A stretch of DNA of 64,000 nt, taken from positions 1-64,000 of the forward strand of contig CAZDZV010000007.1 in NCBI GenBank assembly GCA_964510025.1, written 5' to 3'. This DNA is from an uncultured Methanosarcinales archaeon. GTDB taxonomy: Archaea > Nanobdellota > Nanobdellia > Woesearchaeales > DATDXC01. Position numbers and translations under genes: made by a program. Position 1 is the first letter of the stretch, and each line of letters opens with the position of its first letter. Of this stretch, positions 1-9,225 are shown piece after piece. The notes beneath the pieces were generated by a model that did no database searches, had not been told where the DNA came from, and worked only from the letters and a program-made list of their open reading frames with translations.

Positions 1-96
1 AATTGCTTTGCGCCTACATGACGACAATAGAGCAAGGTGTCACTGAAAACCTTTATGGGAAGCACATTCAGCCGCTGTTTATAGGGAGGTAACAAA

Positions 97-1560
97 ATGT
101 TTAGCATTTCAGACGAGACTTTTTTAGGATCGGATTTCGGGTTAGGAAGCGGACAGGCTGCAGAGGTGGCCAGAGAGCTGATGAGAGATGTGATAGGGCC
201 TTTGAGGGCGGAAAAAGGCTATACTGACGCTCATACCCATTTTGACGCAAAGCAGATACTGGATAATGAGCCTTACCCGGATATCTTTACAGCAATGGTC
301 CTTGACCCAAGCATCAGTAACAGAGACCACTATATCATCCAGCTTTTAGCAGGTGAGGGGGTTCCCTTTGAATTTATGTACAGTGAAAAGATTACTCCGA
401 AGCAAAAGTGGATGGAGATGGCCAGGCATTTCCCAGATCTGCCGCCTAACCAGGTCCATACATGGATGCAGCTTGAGCTAAGGGATACGCTCGGAATAGA
501 TGGCCTGCTTAGCCTGGAAACTGCAGAGAGAATATGGAGCGAGGCCAACAGGAAATTAAAACAAGATCAATACACCCCTCAGGGATTGTTAAGAAGGGCT
601 GATTTGAGGATACTATGCACAACCGATGACCCGATAGATGACCTTAGCTACCATGCTAGAGCCAGGAAAGAGCTTGATTGGATACAGATATTTCCGACTT
701 TCAGGCCGGATAAGGCAATCCATATAGGTGCTGCAGGCTGGAAAGAGTATATAGCTAGATTAGCTGATAAGGCAAACACCCAGCCTGATCTGCAAGGTGT
801 TAAGGATGCTCTGGCTGAGACGCTTGATTTTTTTATAACTATGGGCTGCAGAGCATCAGACCATGGGCTCGAAGCTCCTTATGGCAGGCAGGTAGATGTG
901 AAGAGAGCAGAAGAGATATTCAGGAAAGCATATAGCGGCACAAAGCCTACTGCTGATGAAGAGGCTGATTTCGAATCACATATGATAGATTTTCTTTTCG
1001 GCTTATACCAGAAAAAGAATATTTTGGCTCAGGAGCATTTTGGAGCCTACCGAAATGTCAATCCTTATCTTGCACATCATCATGGTCCTGATACAGGCGG
1101 CGATACTGCCTTGCAGCATATCTCGATTGCCAAGAACGCAAGCTACGTCTTAGGAAAATACTGCAGTACAGGCGATAGGGACAAAGACCTGAAGGTTGTA
1201 TTGTATGCTATGAGCCAGAACCACTTTGCTGAGATTGCGCAGCTTCTCAGGGTGTTCCCTGGAACATACTATGGCAGGGCATGGTGGATGAACGACAGTT
1301 GGCAGGGCATGGTTGACCAGTTTAGGATAACCGCTCCTATTGTACCGTTCTCAAGATGCGCCGGGATGGTATGCGATGGAAGAAAACTGCTATCTGTGGA
1401 GCAGAGGCACAGATTAGCAGACAGGGTAGTTGCTTTCACAATAGCGAACTTAGTTGCCCAGGGTCTCATGCCGTATTCCCAGGCACCCGCAATAACAAGA
1501 GGGCTGTGCTACGAGTATCAGGCCAGTTTATTCAATTTCCCAACAAGAAAAGCTGCTTAA
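97..1560 (+). CDS. uxaC: Glucuronate/uronate isomerase
   Basis: DAHTH metal motif, LCTTDDP, PTFRPDK, SDHG and WW-ND motifs of UxaC; GGAGG RBS upstream. Confidence 0.85.
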   Translation: MFSISDETFLGSDFGLGSGQAAEVARELMRDVIGPLRAEKGYTDAHTHFDAKQILDNEPYPDIFTAMVLDPSISNRDHYIIQLLAGEGVPFEFMYSEKITPKQKWMEMARHFPDLPPNQVHTWMQLELRDTLGIDGLLSLETAERIWSEANRKLKQDQYTPQGLLRRADLRILCTTDDPIDDLSYHARARKELDWIQIFPTFRPDKAIHIGAAGWKEYIARLADKANTQPDLQGVKDALAETLDFFITMGCRASDHGLEAPYGRQVDVKRAEEIFRKAYSGTKPTADEEADFESHMIDFLFGLYQKKNILAQEHFGAYRNVNPYLAHHHGPDTGGDTALQHISIAKNASYVLGKYCSTGDRDKDLKVVLYAMSQNHFAEIAQLLRVFPGTYYGRAWWMNDSWQGMVDQFRITAPIVPFSRCAGMVCDGRKLLSVEQRHRLADRVVAFTIANLVAQGLMPYSQAPAITRGLCYEYQASLFNFPTRKAA

Positions 1561-1561
1561 G

Positions 1562-2848
1562 ATGACCACGTTCATAGAAGAACAAAGGCTGGACAGGGCA
1601 TTTACAGATGATGAGCTGTCTGCTCTGCTTCTCGAAGGGCTTGGCAGATCTGGGAGAGACCTTTCACGGCTTGCCGTGGTTCCCACTGACAAGACCAGGC
1701 TTCCTGGCAGAGCCGGCTTTCTTACACAGGTCCTCTACAGGAACAGGTCCGCCACACTGGATATATCTGACATATTCATAGCACTAGGTTCCCACAGCCC
1801 CCACACAGCGCTGGAAAACCAGGCAATGTTTGGTGAGGTGCCCCAGGAAAGGTTTCAGGTTCATGATTGGAAGCAGGGTGTCACACAGATAGGGGTTGTT
1901 CCTGAAGCTGTTGTGAGCGAATATGTAGGCGAAGGCTGGGCTGCAGCTATCCCTGTCCAGGTCAATACAGATTTTATTGAAGGTCTTGATGGAGCTTATT
2001 CGGCAGCCGTGTCTATCGGTCCTGTGTTTCCGCATGAGGTTGCAGGGTTCTCGAACGGATTGAAAAATATTTTGGTAGGCCTGGGCGGAAAAGGCTTCAT
2101 CGATGCGTCTCATTATCTTGGAGCTAGCTACGGCATAGAAAGGATAATGGGCAGGTTAAGAACACCGGTAAGGAGGGTTTTTGACTATGCTCACGAGCAT
2201 TTTCTGGCAGAAAGGGGAATAATATATGCTCTGACGGTTCTTGACAATGACGGCAAGGTGAGGGGTTTCTTTGTAGGCGATGATATCGACACGCATAGAA
2301 GGGCAGCAGACCTGAGCAAAGAGCTTAATGTCACTGCCGTAGAAGCCCTGGAGAGAGCTGTCGTCTACTGCGATCCAGAGGAATTTACAAGCTTCTGGCT
2401 CTGCTGCAAGGCTGTATACAGGACACGGATGGCTATGCAAGAAGGTGGGGAATTGGTGGTCATAGCTCCTGGCCTTAGAAGCTATGTGGATGATCCTCAG
2501 AAAAATCCTCAGATGGATGCGCTTCTGCAGAACTACGGCTACAGAGGTAAAGCATGCATAATGGACGCTGTTGAGGTTGACCCAGAGCTAAAGGCCAACC
2601 TCTCTGTAGCAGCCCATCTCATGCATGGAAGTCCTGACAATAGGTTCGATGTCACATTTGCCACCGATCCTGCACGGATGTCTGATGAGGCTGTAAAAAG
2701 AGTAGGATTTAACTGGATGCATGAGAGGGAAGCCAGGCAGCACTACAAACCTGAGGGCCTAAGCGCAGGTTACCACCTGTCTGCTGATAAGGGAAGGTTT
2801 TATTTTGTTCCTAATCCAGCTTCAGTACTATTGACAAAGGAGGGATAA
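1562..2848 (+). CDS. LarA (lactate racemase)-family protein, probable sugar-acid 2-epimerase
   Basis: PTDKTR, ALGSH and PHEVAGFSNGLKN motifs of the LarA/DUF2088 family; lies between uxaC and gnd. Confidence 0.75.
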   Translation: MTTFIEEQRLDRAFTDDELSALLLEGLGRSGRDLSRLAVVPTDKTRLPGRAGFLTQVLYRNRSATLDISDIFIALGSHSPHTALENQAMFGEVPQERFQVHDWKQGVTQIGVVPEAVVSEYVGEGWAAAIPVQVNTDFIEGLDGAYSAAVSIGPVFPHEVAGFSNGLKNILVGLGGKGFIDASHYLGASYGIERIMGRLRTPVRRVFDYAHEHFLAERGIIYALTVLDNDGKVRGFFVGDDIDTHRRAADLSKELNVTAVEALERAVVYCDPEEFTSFWLCCKAVYRTRMAMQEGGELVVIAPGLRSYVDDPQKNPQMDALLQNYGYRGKACIMDAVEVDPELKANLSVAAHLMHGSPDNRFDVTFATDPARMSDEAVKRVGFNWMHEREARQHYKPEGLSAGYHLSADKGRFYFVPNPASVLLTKEG

Positions 2849-2857
2849 AAAATGGCA
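2837..2857 (+). repeat. 21-nt direct repeat, copy 1 (AAGGAGGGATAAAAAATGGCA; RBS plus start of gnd)
   Basis: Identical to 4437-4457. Confidence 0.9.
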
Positions 2858-4438
2858 TTGCAAGGAAAATTTGATGCGGTCCTTTATGGACTGGCACAGA
2901 TGGGGGTTAACCTGTTGGATAATATGGCCAGAAACGGAAACGTCAGGGTCATAGGTGTGAACAGGACTGTCCAGACTGCAAGGGACTTTCAGGAGGCGAT
3001 AGCAGAAAGAGGGCTAGCTGACAGGGTGGCCATCGCTGATACAATGGAAGAAGCTGCCCGATACCTAAGACCTGATGGGATGGTCTTTGCCATGATAAAG
3101 GCTTTTGATCCACGAGTTGAGAAGGTTGATCACATCGGAGATTTTTTCCTGGCAGGCTCACAGGCAAAGATGCCCGATGGGACTACAAGAGATATTGCAG
3201 CAGCAGTAGAGCTGCTACCTCATGGCTTTTTTATTGACCTGGCAAATTCGCATCCAGAGAGCACCTACAGGAGGATGCAGGCCTTCAGAGCAAGAGGATT
3301 GGGAGATGCATTCTTAGGTACAGGAGTCAGCGGAGGATCTGAAGGAGCATTAGAGGGACCATCGATCATGCCAGGCGGATCGTTGGCTGCCTACAGGAGA
3401 GTTGGCCCGTTGCTTGAAAAAATTGCTGCCAAATTTCACGGGCAACCGTGCTGCGCATATCTAGGTGATAATGAAGCAGGGCATTTTGTCAAAAACATAC
3501 ATAACGGTGTAGAATATAATATCATGGGTGCTCTTGCTGAAACCTATATGATATTAAGGACATTGACAGGCGCAACACCTAAGGAACTGCAGGGTGTTTT
3601 TTCTGAGTGGAAAGAACAGGGATTGGGGGGCTATCTCCTAGACATCACCTGCGATATATTAGGTATGGAACACCCAGATACAGGAAAGCCGATCCTGGAT
3701 GTAATCCTGGATGAAGCAGGCAGCAAGGGAACAGGAAAGTGGACATCCCAGGTAGCTTATGATCTTGGAGTGGCAGTGGAGGGTATAACAGCTGCGCTGA
3801 ACGAGAGGATCCATTCAGGGGATAGAAGCCTTAGAGCTAGTATGTCCAGAGGCCTGAGAGGACCGACGCCAGGAAGCTATAGGGGACGTAATGTTAGGAC
3901 ATTATTCAATGCTGCACGGGATGCGCTCTATGCTTCTATGATAGTAGCGTATGCCCAGGGATTCGCCATGTTTACGGCAATAAATCAAACTGAACCGGAT
4001 AAGCAGGGCAAATATGATTTTTCATTGGATTTGCCGACAATTGCAAATATCTGGAGAGCAGGCTGCATTGTCAGGGCAGAACTACTGCCCACTATTGCAG
4101 AGGCGTATGCGGATAATCCAGAACTGGCCAACATGATGCTCGCCCCGAAAATCGCATCAACACTGAGCGATCCGCAACTTCAACAGAACTGGAGATATTT
4201 TGTGACGACAGCGATTCAGAACGGCTTGCCCAGGGATTCCATAGGCGCATGTCTGAATTACTATGACAATGCAAGAACCGCTACCTCAGTAGCTGCGATG
4301 CTTCAGGCTCAACGAGACTATTTTGGAGAGCATGGCTTTGGCATATTGGGTGAACCAGATCGTGGAAAAGCAAACCATCTTCCACTGGAAAGGCCGTATG
4401 CAGTAACTATTCGAGTAAGAGATCAAAGGGTTCAATAA
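2852..4438 (+). CDS. gnd: 6-phosphogluconate dehydrogenase, decarboxylating
   Basis: GLAQMG, GVSGGSEGA-GPSIMPGG, GHFVKNIHNGVEY, KGTGKWT and AQRDYFG motifs. Confidence 0.9.
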   Translation: MALQGKFDAVLYGLAQMGVNLLDNMARNGNVRVIGVNRTVQTARDFQEAIAERGLADRVAIADTMEEAARYLRPDGMVFAMIKAFDPRVEKVDHIGDFFLAGSQAKMPDGTTRDIAAAVELLPHGFFIDLANSHPESTYRRMQAFRARGLGDAFLGTGVSGGSEGALEGPSIMPGGSLAAYRRVGPLLEKIAAKFHGQPCCAYLGDNEAGHFVKNIHNGVEYNIMGALAETYMILRTLTGATPKELQGVFSEWKEQGLGGYLLDITCDILGMEHPDTGKPILDVILDEAGSKGTGKWTSQVAYDLGVAVEGITAALNERIHSGDRSLRASMSRGLRGPTPGSYRGRNVRTLFNAARDALYASMIVAYAQGFAMFTAINQTEPDKQGKYDFSLDLPTIANIWRAGCIVRAELLPTIAEAYADNPELANMMLAPKIASTLSDPQLQQNWRYFVTTAIQNGLPRDSIGACLNYYDNARTATSVAAMLQAQRDYFGEHGFGILGEPDRGKANHLPLERPYAVTIRVRDQRVQ

Positions 4439-4457
4439 GGAGGGATAAAAAATGGCA
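4437..4457 (+). repeat. 21-nt direct repeat, copy 2 (RBS plus start of HAD gene)
   Basis: Identical to 2837-2857. Confidence 0.9.
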
Positions 4458-5516
4458 GCAATTATGAGACACCAAGACTATAAAGGGCTAGGAGATAAAA
4501 GAGTGGGCACCCTAAGGGTTGCGTGGGCGTGCGATATAGATGGATGTGTTGATCCTGGGATGCTCAAACACGAAGACGGATTTGGAACAGCCGCTGTTCA
4601 GCACTATGGTATGCAGCAGGTTACAGAGGTCGCAAAAAGAGCTTGGATGTTTGTTAACTGCTACTCTGAAACAAGGGGCGTAAATAGGTTTATGGCTTTG
4701 TACACTTGGGCAGACCTACTGCGGGAACAAACTCCATCTGTAAGCGCAGCAGGTGTGAGCGTTCCTGAGTTCAAATATTTGAGAAGATGGGAGGAACAAT
4801 CTAAGGTAAAAAAACATGGTGCGATCTATGAGTTTCTCGCTGGTGGAGCTGTGTATGGCATCTTGGACAATAGGGACAGTCAAGAGGAATTTCAGCAGGC
4901 AACTGCAGAGCTGGTCAAGGCTGCGCACTGGTCTGAACTCGTTGATAGGATGGTTCCAGCCACGATAGAGAACGTAAGGGCATTTCCTCAAGCAGTAGCC
5001 GCCATTAGGAGAGCCCACGAAATGGGTGTAGCGATATATGCTGTTTCTGGCACCCCTGAAGATTATGTGGCGGGGCAACTCGCCAAATACGGTGTCTTAG
5101 ATTGCTTTGACGGTTTGTTGTGCAAAGAGGCCGGCAAAAAAGGAGAATCGATTGCCACTCTTGTAGCAGGTCCTTTTGCAGACAGCGATCCAACTCCCTT
5201 GCTAAAGAGCAGGCAGCCACTGGTCGATGTGATCTGGATGATGGGAGATGCATGGAAAGACTACAAGGAAGCCCAGAGGGCAAACACAGTGCTTACTGGC
5301 GCAGCAGACAAGCCTGCTAGAATGTACTTCATACAGGTTGGCTCTGAACCAGGGTCTTGGGAAGAATTTGGCAGCGAAGTTCTTGAACAGCTGGTGGCTG
5401 ATAGATGGTCTGCAGAAGCAGAAGCCAAAGGTATACAAGCTGCTAGGGAAAATCTTTCAAGAATATGGACACCCGATATCACGACTATTGACACGTTCCC
5501 GCATAGTCCCGGATAG
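4452..5516 (+). CDS. HAD-superfamily hydrolase
   Basis: DIDGC motif I, VSG motif II, K motif III, MGDAWKD motif IV. Confidence 0.75.
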   Translation: MAAIMRHQDYKGLGDKRVGTLRVAWACDIDGCVDPGMLKHEDGFGTAAVQHYGMQQVTEVAKRAWMFVNCYSETRGVNRFMALYTWADLLREQTPSVSAAGVSVPEFKYLRRWEEQSKVKKHGAIYEFLAGGAVYGILDNRDSQEEFQQATAELVKAAHWSELVDRMVPATIENVRAFPQAVAAIRRAHEMGVAIYAVSGTPEDYVAGQLAKYGVLDCFDGLLCKEAGKKGESIATLVAGPFADSDPTPLLKSRQPLVDVIWMMGDAWKDYKEAQRANTVLTGAADKPARMYFIQVGSEPGSWEEFGSEVLEQLVADRWSAEAEAKGIQAARENLSRIWTPDITTIDTFPHSPG

Positions 5517-5526
5517 GGTGACAGCA

Positions 5527-6561
5527 ATGCCAGAATACAAACCAAGAGATTTCCAGGGGACCATGAATGCTGCCATAGGCCCGGATGCTGCTAGGATTTG
5601 TCCCGTGTCAAGATACGCCAATATCCACATGGGGACTGTTGTAGATAGGATCGTCACAGCTCAGTATAGGGTGGGGATACCTGATGAAGCTGCAGTTCAG
5701 CAGCTAAGGTCTGAGGATTTTGCAGGACGCAGGGCCGGATTTACCAAACCGCAGCAGCTTATAGACCTGTACAGGGAACTAGGCATTGGATTTGGAGAGG
5801 GCACAAGGCCATTAAACGTAATTGAGGTTTGCTTTGAGCCCAGGTCTCCTGAAACGATGAGAGACTTCTTTGAAGCTGCGTGCAGGTACAGAGATGGACA
5901 AGGAAGTGTGCTCCCGGTTCCGCTTAAGGTTTTTATCGGAACAACCCAAACAGTTGAGAGGTTCAGATATATGATAGAAGATGGCTATCTTCCTGATGCT
6001 GTGGTATCGACAAACATGGCTCCTGTGAGGGAATCAGGCATAAGGGATTTTTGCCGTGAATATGGGATTGTTCTTGGGCCCAATGCTGGATTTTCATGTG
6101 ACAATCTGGTAGAATGCCTGAGTAGCCAGGGTGATTGGGATAGTGTAAGCTATGATCCGGAATACAGGCCAACACAGGGCGCAGCCATACAAAAGCTGTT
6201 TCCATTCGGTTCTATACAGGCTATTGACTTCCTCAAAGCCATCAGGGCTACGCATCCCGGCATAAATCCTATGCCGACCGGCGGGGTAAGCCATCTGACA
6301 GCCAGGGAACTTATAAGGCATGGCGCCGAGCTTGTGGGAGCAAGCGCTCCAGCTAAAAAAGATGCATTGGTAAGAGCTGCATATGCAGACCTGATAGACC
6401 ATGAGCCTGAAGCTTGGGATGAATTTGTTTATGGTGCAAGCGTCATGGCAACTGAAGTGCATATTGGGATGCTGGAAAGGGCAGATGACCTGGCAAGAAC
6501 AGTAAGCAAAGATAGAGAACTAGATGCACTATTCCTTCCAGTTACAAGGACATTAGAATAA
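5527..6561 (+). CDS. Divergent KDPG/KHG aldolase-like protein
   Basis: IEVCF, KLFP (Schiff-base Lys) and MPTGGV motifs; start moved to ATG 5527 behind a GGGTG RBS to avoid overlap with the HAD gene. Confidence 0.6.
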   Translation: MPEYKPRDFQGTMNAAIGPDAARICPVSRYANIHMGTVVDRIVTAQYRVGIPDEAAVQQLRSEDFAGRRAGFTKPQQLIDLYRELGIGFGEGTRPLNVIEVCFEPRSPETMRDFFEAACRYRDGQGSVLPVPLKVFIGTTQTVERFRYMIEDGYLPDAVVSTNMAPVRESGIRDFCREYGIVLGPNAGFSCDNLVECLSSQGDWDSVSYDPEYRPTQGAAIQKLFPFGSIQAIDFLKAIRATHPGINPMPTGGVSHLTARELIRHGAELVGASAPAKKDALVRAAYADLIDHEPEAWDEFVYGASVMATEVHIGMLERADDLARTVSKDRELDALFLPVTRTLE

Positions 6562-6563
6562 GC

Positions 6564-9134
6564 CTATCTTCCCATAAACACTTCAACATTGTACCTATGT
6601 CCGGTTTCAGGCAGCGGAAGCAGCTGACCTAGGATAGGCTGGCCATCAACTGTAATTCTATCTACACCAGTCATGACCCCTGGTCGCTTATGGATCTTGA
6701 TTTGGTAATCAGCATCCCTGAATCTTCTATCCATGCTGACTTCTTGCCATTCCGGCGGCAGGCAGGGATCTATATATAGGCCATGCTGTCCGTCTATTAT
6801 CTCAGGCCTTACGCCCAGCATCCAGTTTAGGGCATTTACCTGCGCCCAGCATGCTGATCCTGTGGACCATGCATGGCTTCCCTCTCCGGGATGATCACTG
6901 TCTGGACCCTGGATGAACTGAGAGTAGACATAAGGTTCGATCTTGTATCTTTTGGGGTCTTGGCTGAACCTGAACATGGGATTCATGCTCTGGAACGCTT
7001 CATAGGCAAGGTCGCCTCTGCCTGCAGCGCACATCGCCCTTATCACCCACATGGCATTATGCTGCTGGTTAGCGTTGTTCTCCTTCACTCCGGGAGCAAA
7101 CCTTGATATAACTCCAGCTCTTGTATCCGGCCGGAGGAATGTACTGCGGAAATTACTTACCCCATAATCATTATAGAGAGAATGCAAAGATTTCGCAATC
7201 AAAGGAACCTGGTCAGGTGTGGCGACCCCGCTGAAGATCGCCATGCTGTTGACAGTGGAGACAAGACTGAAATACCTGTCGCCTGGCTTGCCCAGAATCT
7301 CACCCTCATGTGTCCTTACCCTCCAGTAATATTCTCCTGTCCAGCATTCCCGCCGGACTGTCTCCTTAAGCTTTTCCGCCCGGTCCCTGTAGGAGGCTAA
7401 CTTTTTTGGTCCTAAATGATTCTCCACAATAGGAAAAAAATTCTCAAGGCAGTAGACTGCCCAGCAGGCGAGCATGGCTGATTCTCCTTTTCTTTCCCTG
7501 CCCCCTGTCTGGTCTAGGGCATCATTCCAGTCAGCTATCTGCATAGGCGGCAGTTCATCTGCTTCGAACCATTGAAAAAACTTATCGATGCCTGTCAACA
7601 CATGCTCAAGCAGCGATGAAGGCTCTCTATGCCTGCTTCCGACCCTTCCGGTGTCCCTGTCAAGCCAGGGAACTCTTTCTTGAAAGATTGTGTAGTCTCC
7701 AGTCTCACGAACATATGCGTTCAGGGCAAAGAGGACATTCAAAGGATCGTCAGAATGGGGGCTGTCTGAGCCTTCCAGGGAGACAGGATTACCTGAATGT
7801 GCCCACCTGCCGTCATCATACTGCCAGCGAGCAACCTCTAGGATGCGCTGCCTGACCCAACGTGGATTTGTGGCTAGGCTTCCCACAACATCCTGAAAAG
7901 AATCTCTGGGCGAGATGCCGTATATCCCTGAATAATCATGGCCAACGTTCCTGTTCCACCATCCGAGCACTTTAGCCTGGTATCTTGACCATACGTTTAT
8001 CATGAGATCCATAAGGGCATCAGGTGTCTCTATCCTTGGTGTGGCAACAACACTTTGCCAAAATTCCCTTGTCTTTGCTAGTGCTCCTTCTGCAGCTTCA
8101 ACTGTCAGATACTTGCCAGTCAAAGGAAGAGCATCTTCAGCTTGCAATTGAGATCTTCCATCAGGGCTCATGTCGGCAGTCCGCATGTCCTTTACAGGTA
8201 TCGCTCCCATAACAACAACATAATCAGCAGACTGCCCAGGCAAAAGCTCAAAGCCCTGCTGTAATGCCATGCACGGTATCCTGTCAGCGACAAGCTTGTT
8301 TCCAAGTTGCCCATCATTTTCTGCAAAGACAGCCGGATCTGCCAGATCTCTTTGGGGCCCATAGAAACTTTCCCTGTCACCATGATATGATCTGACATCT
8401 GCAGAAGATGCCAAAAATACATGGTGATCAAACGGGCCGTTGTTCGAGTCTATCGATTGCCATGCGCCGGTGTATCTTACCCACATCAGATTTGTCTGCC
8501 ACATCACATTCCGGTCAAATGCCTGACGGTTCATGAGCTTATGGAACTGCCTCCATGTCTGGTCTTCAGCGAAGCTCCCAAGCATAGGTTCTGTATAGTT
8601 GGTGGCGCTTATACTTCTTTTCTGGGCTGAGGTATTGGTGAGACGTATTTTCCATACCAAACAGGGATCCCCTTTTCCATCCACAAGATCAACCATCGGG
8701 GCAAAATAAGTCTGCTCTGCCAATATCCCTTTATGCTGGCTTCTGATAGTGGTGTATCCTAAGCCGATATGCGCCTGCCATCTTTCCAAAGCTCTTTCGG
8801 GGGTAGCAGGAAATCCGTTTGCGTTCCACCATTCTCCTGAATCCTCATCTCTAAGGTATGTAAATTTGCCGATCCTGTTTGTCCTTGGCTGGCCATCCAT
8901 GCCTAGCCGGGTTATCCTGCCCACAGTGGGGTTATCCAAGACAGAATAACCTGTGCCCTGATGCTCCATGACAAAAGCCCATCTTCCGTTTGTCAGGATG
9001 TTTGCCCAGGGCTTTTCAAGCAAAGGATCAGTAAGGATAAACTCGAGGCCATCCTCACTGAACCAACCCCTTTCAAATCTGTCTCCCAGAAGATCAGGCC
9101 TAAAAAATTCTGTATCTGGTGTAACCATTACCAT
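6564..9134 (-). CDS. GH94 glycoside phosphorylase (cellobiose/chitobiose phosphorylase-like)
   Basis: KPWANIL, RDSFQD, HSDDP, DWND catalytic motif, IEPYVYSQ, W-TGSA. Confidence 0.85.
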   Translation of the reverse strand: MVMVTPDTEFFRPDLLGDRFERGWFSEDGLEFILTDPLLEKPWANILTNGRWAFVMEHQGTGYSVLDNPTVGRITRLGMDGQPRTNRIGKFTYLRDEDSGEWWNANGFPATPERALERWQAHIGLGYTTIRSQHKGILAEQTYFAPMVDLVDGKGDPCLVWKIRLTNTSAQKRSISATNYTEPMLGSFAEDQTWRQFHKLMNRQAFDRNVMWQTNLMWVRYTGAWQSIDSNNGPFDHHVFLASSADVRSYHGDRESFYGPQRDLADPAVFAENDGQLGNKLVADRIPCMALQQGFELLPGQSADYVVVMGAIPVKDMRTADMSPDGRSQLQAEDALPLTGKYLTVEAAEGALAKTREFWQSVVATPRIETPDALMDLMINVWSRYQAKVLGWWNRNVGHDYSGIYGISPRDSFQDVVGSLATNPRWVRQRILEVARWQYDDGRWAHSGNPVSLEGSDSPHSDDPLNVLFALNAYVRETGDYTIFQERVPWLDRDTGRVGSRHREPSSLLEHVLTGIDKFFQWFEADELPPMQIADWNDALDQTGGRERKGESAMLACWAVYCLENFFPIVENHLGPKKLASYRDRAEKLKETVRRECWTGEYYWRVRTHEGEILGKPGDRYFSLVSTVNSMAIFSGVATPDQVPLIAKSLHSLYNDYGVSNFRSTFLRPDTRAGVISRFAPGVKENNANQQHNAMWVIRAMCAAGRGDLAYEAFQSMNPMFRFSQDPKRYKIEPYVYSQFIQGPDSDHPGEGSHAWSTGSACWAQVNALNWMLGVRPEIIDGQHGLYIDPCLPPEWQEVSMDRRFRDADYQIKIHKRPGVMTGVDRITVDGQPILGQLLPLPETGHRYNVEVFMGR

Positions 9135-9225
9135 AAAACTAGAAAATCGTTTCCTGATTTATATATTTTTTTCTTTTCTCGTCAACAAACATGTCCCAAA
9201 TAGGTGACGAAAAACCAGCAACAGA

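Noticed and set aside
5248..5526. N-terminal 93 aa of the 437-aa ORF
   Set aside because: Overlaps the HAD gene in another frame; ATG 5527 has an RBS
9179..9210. TCGTCA-N20-TGACGA inverted repeat after argS
   Set aside because: Short stem with a long loop, single occurrence; cannot be distinguished from chance
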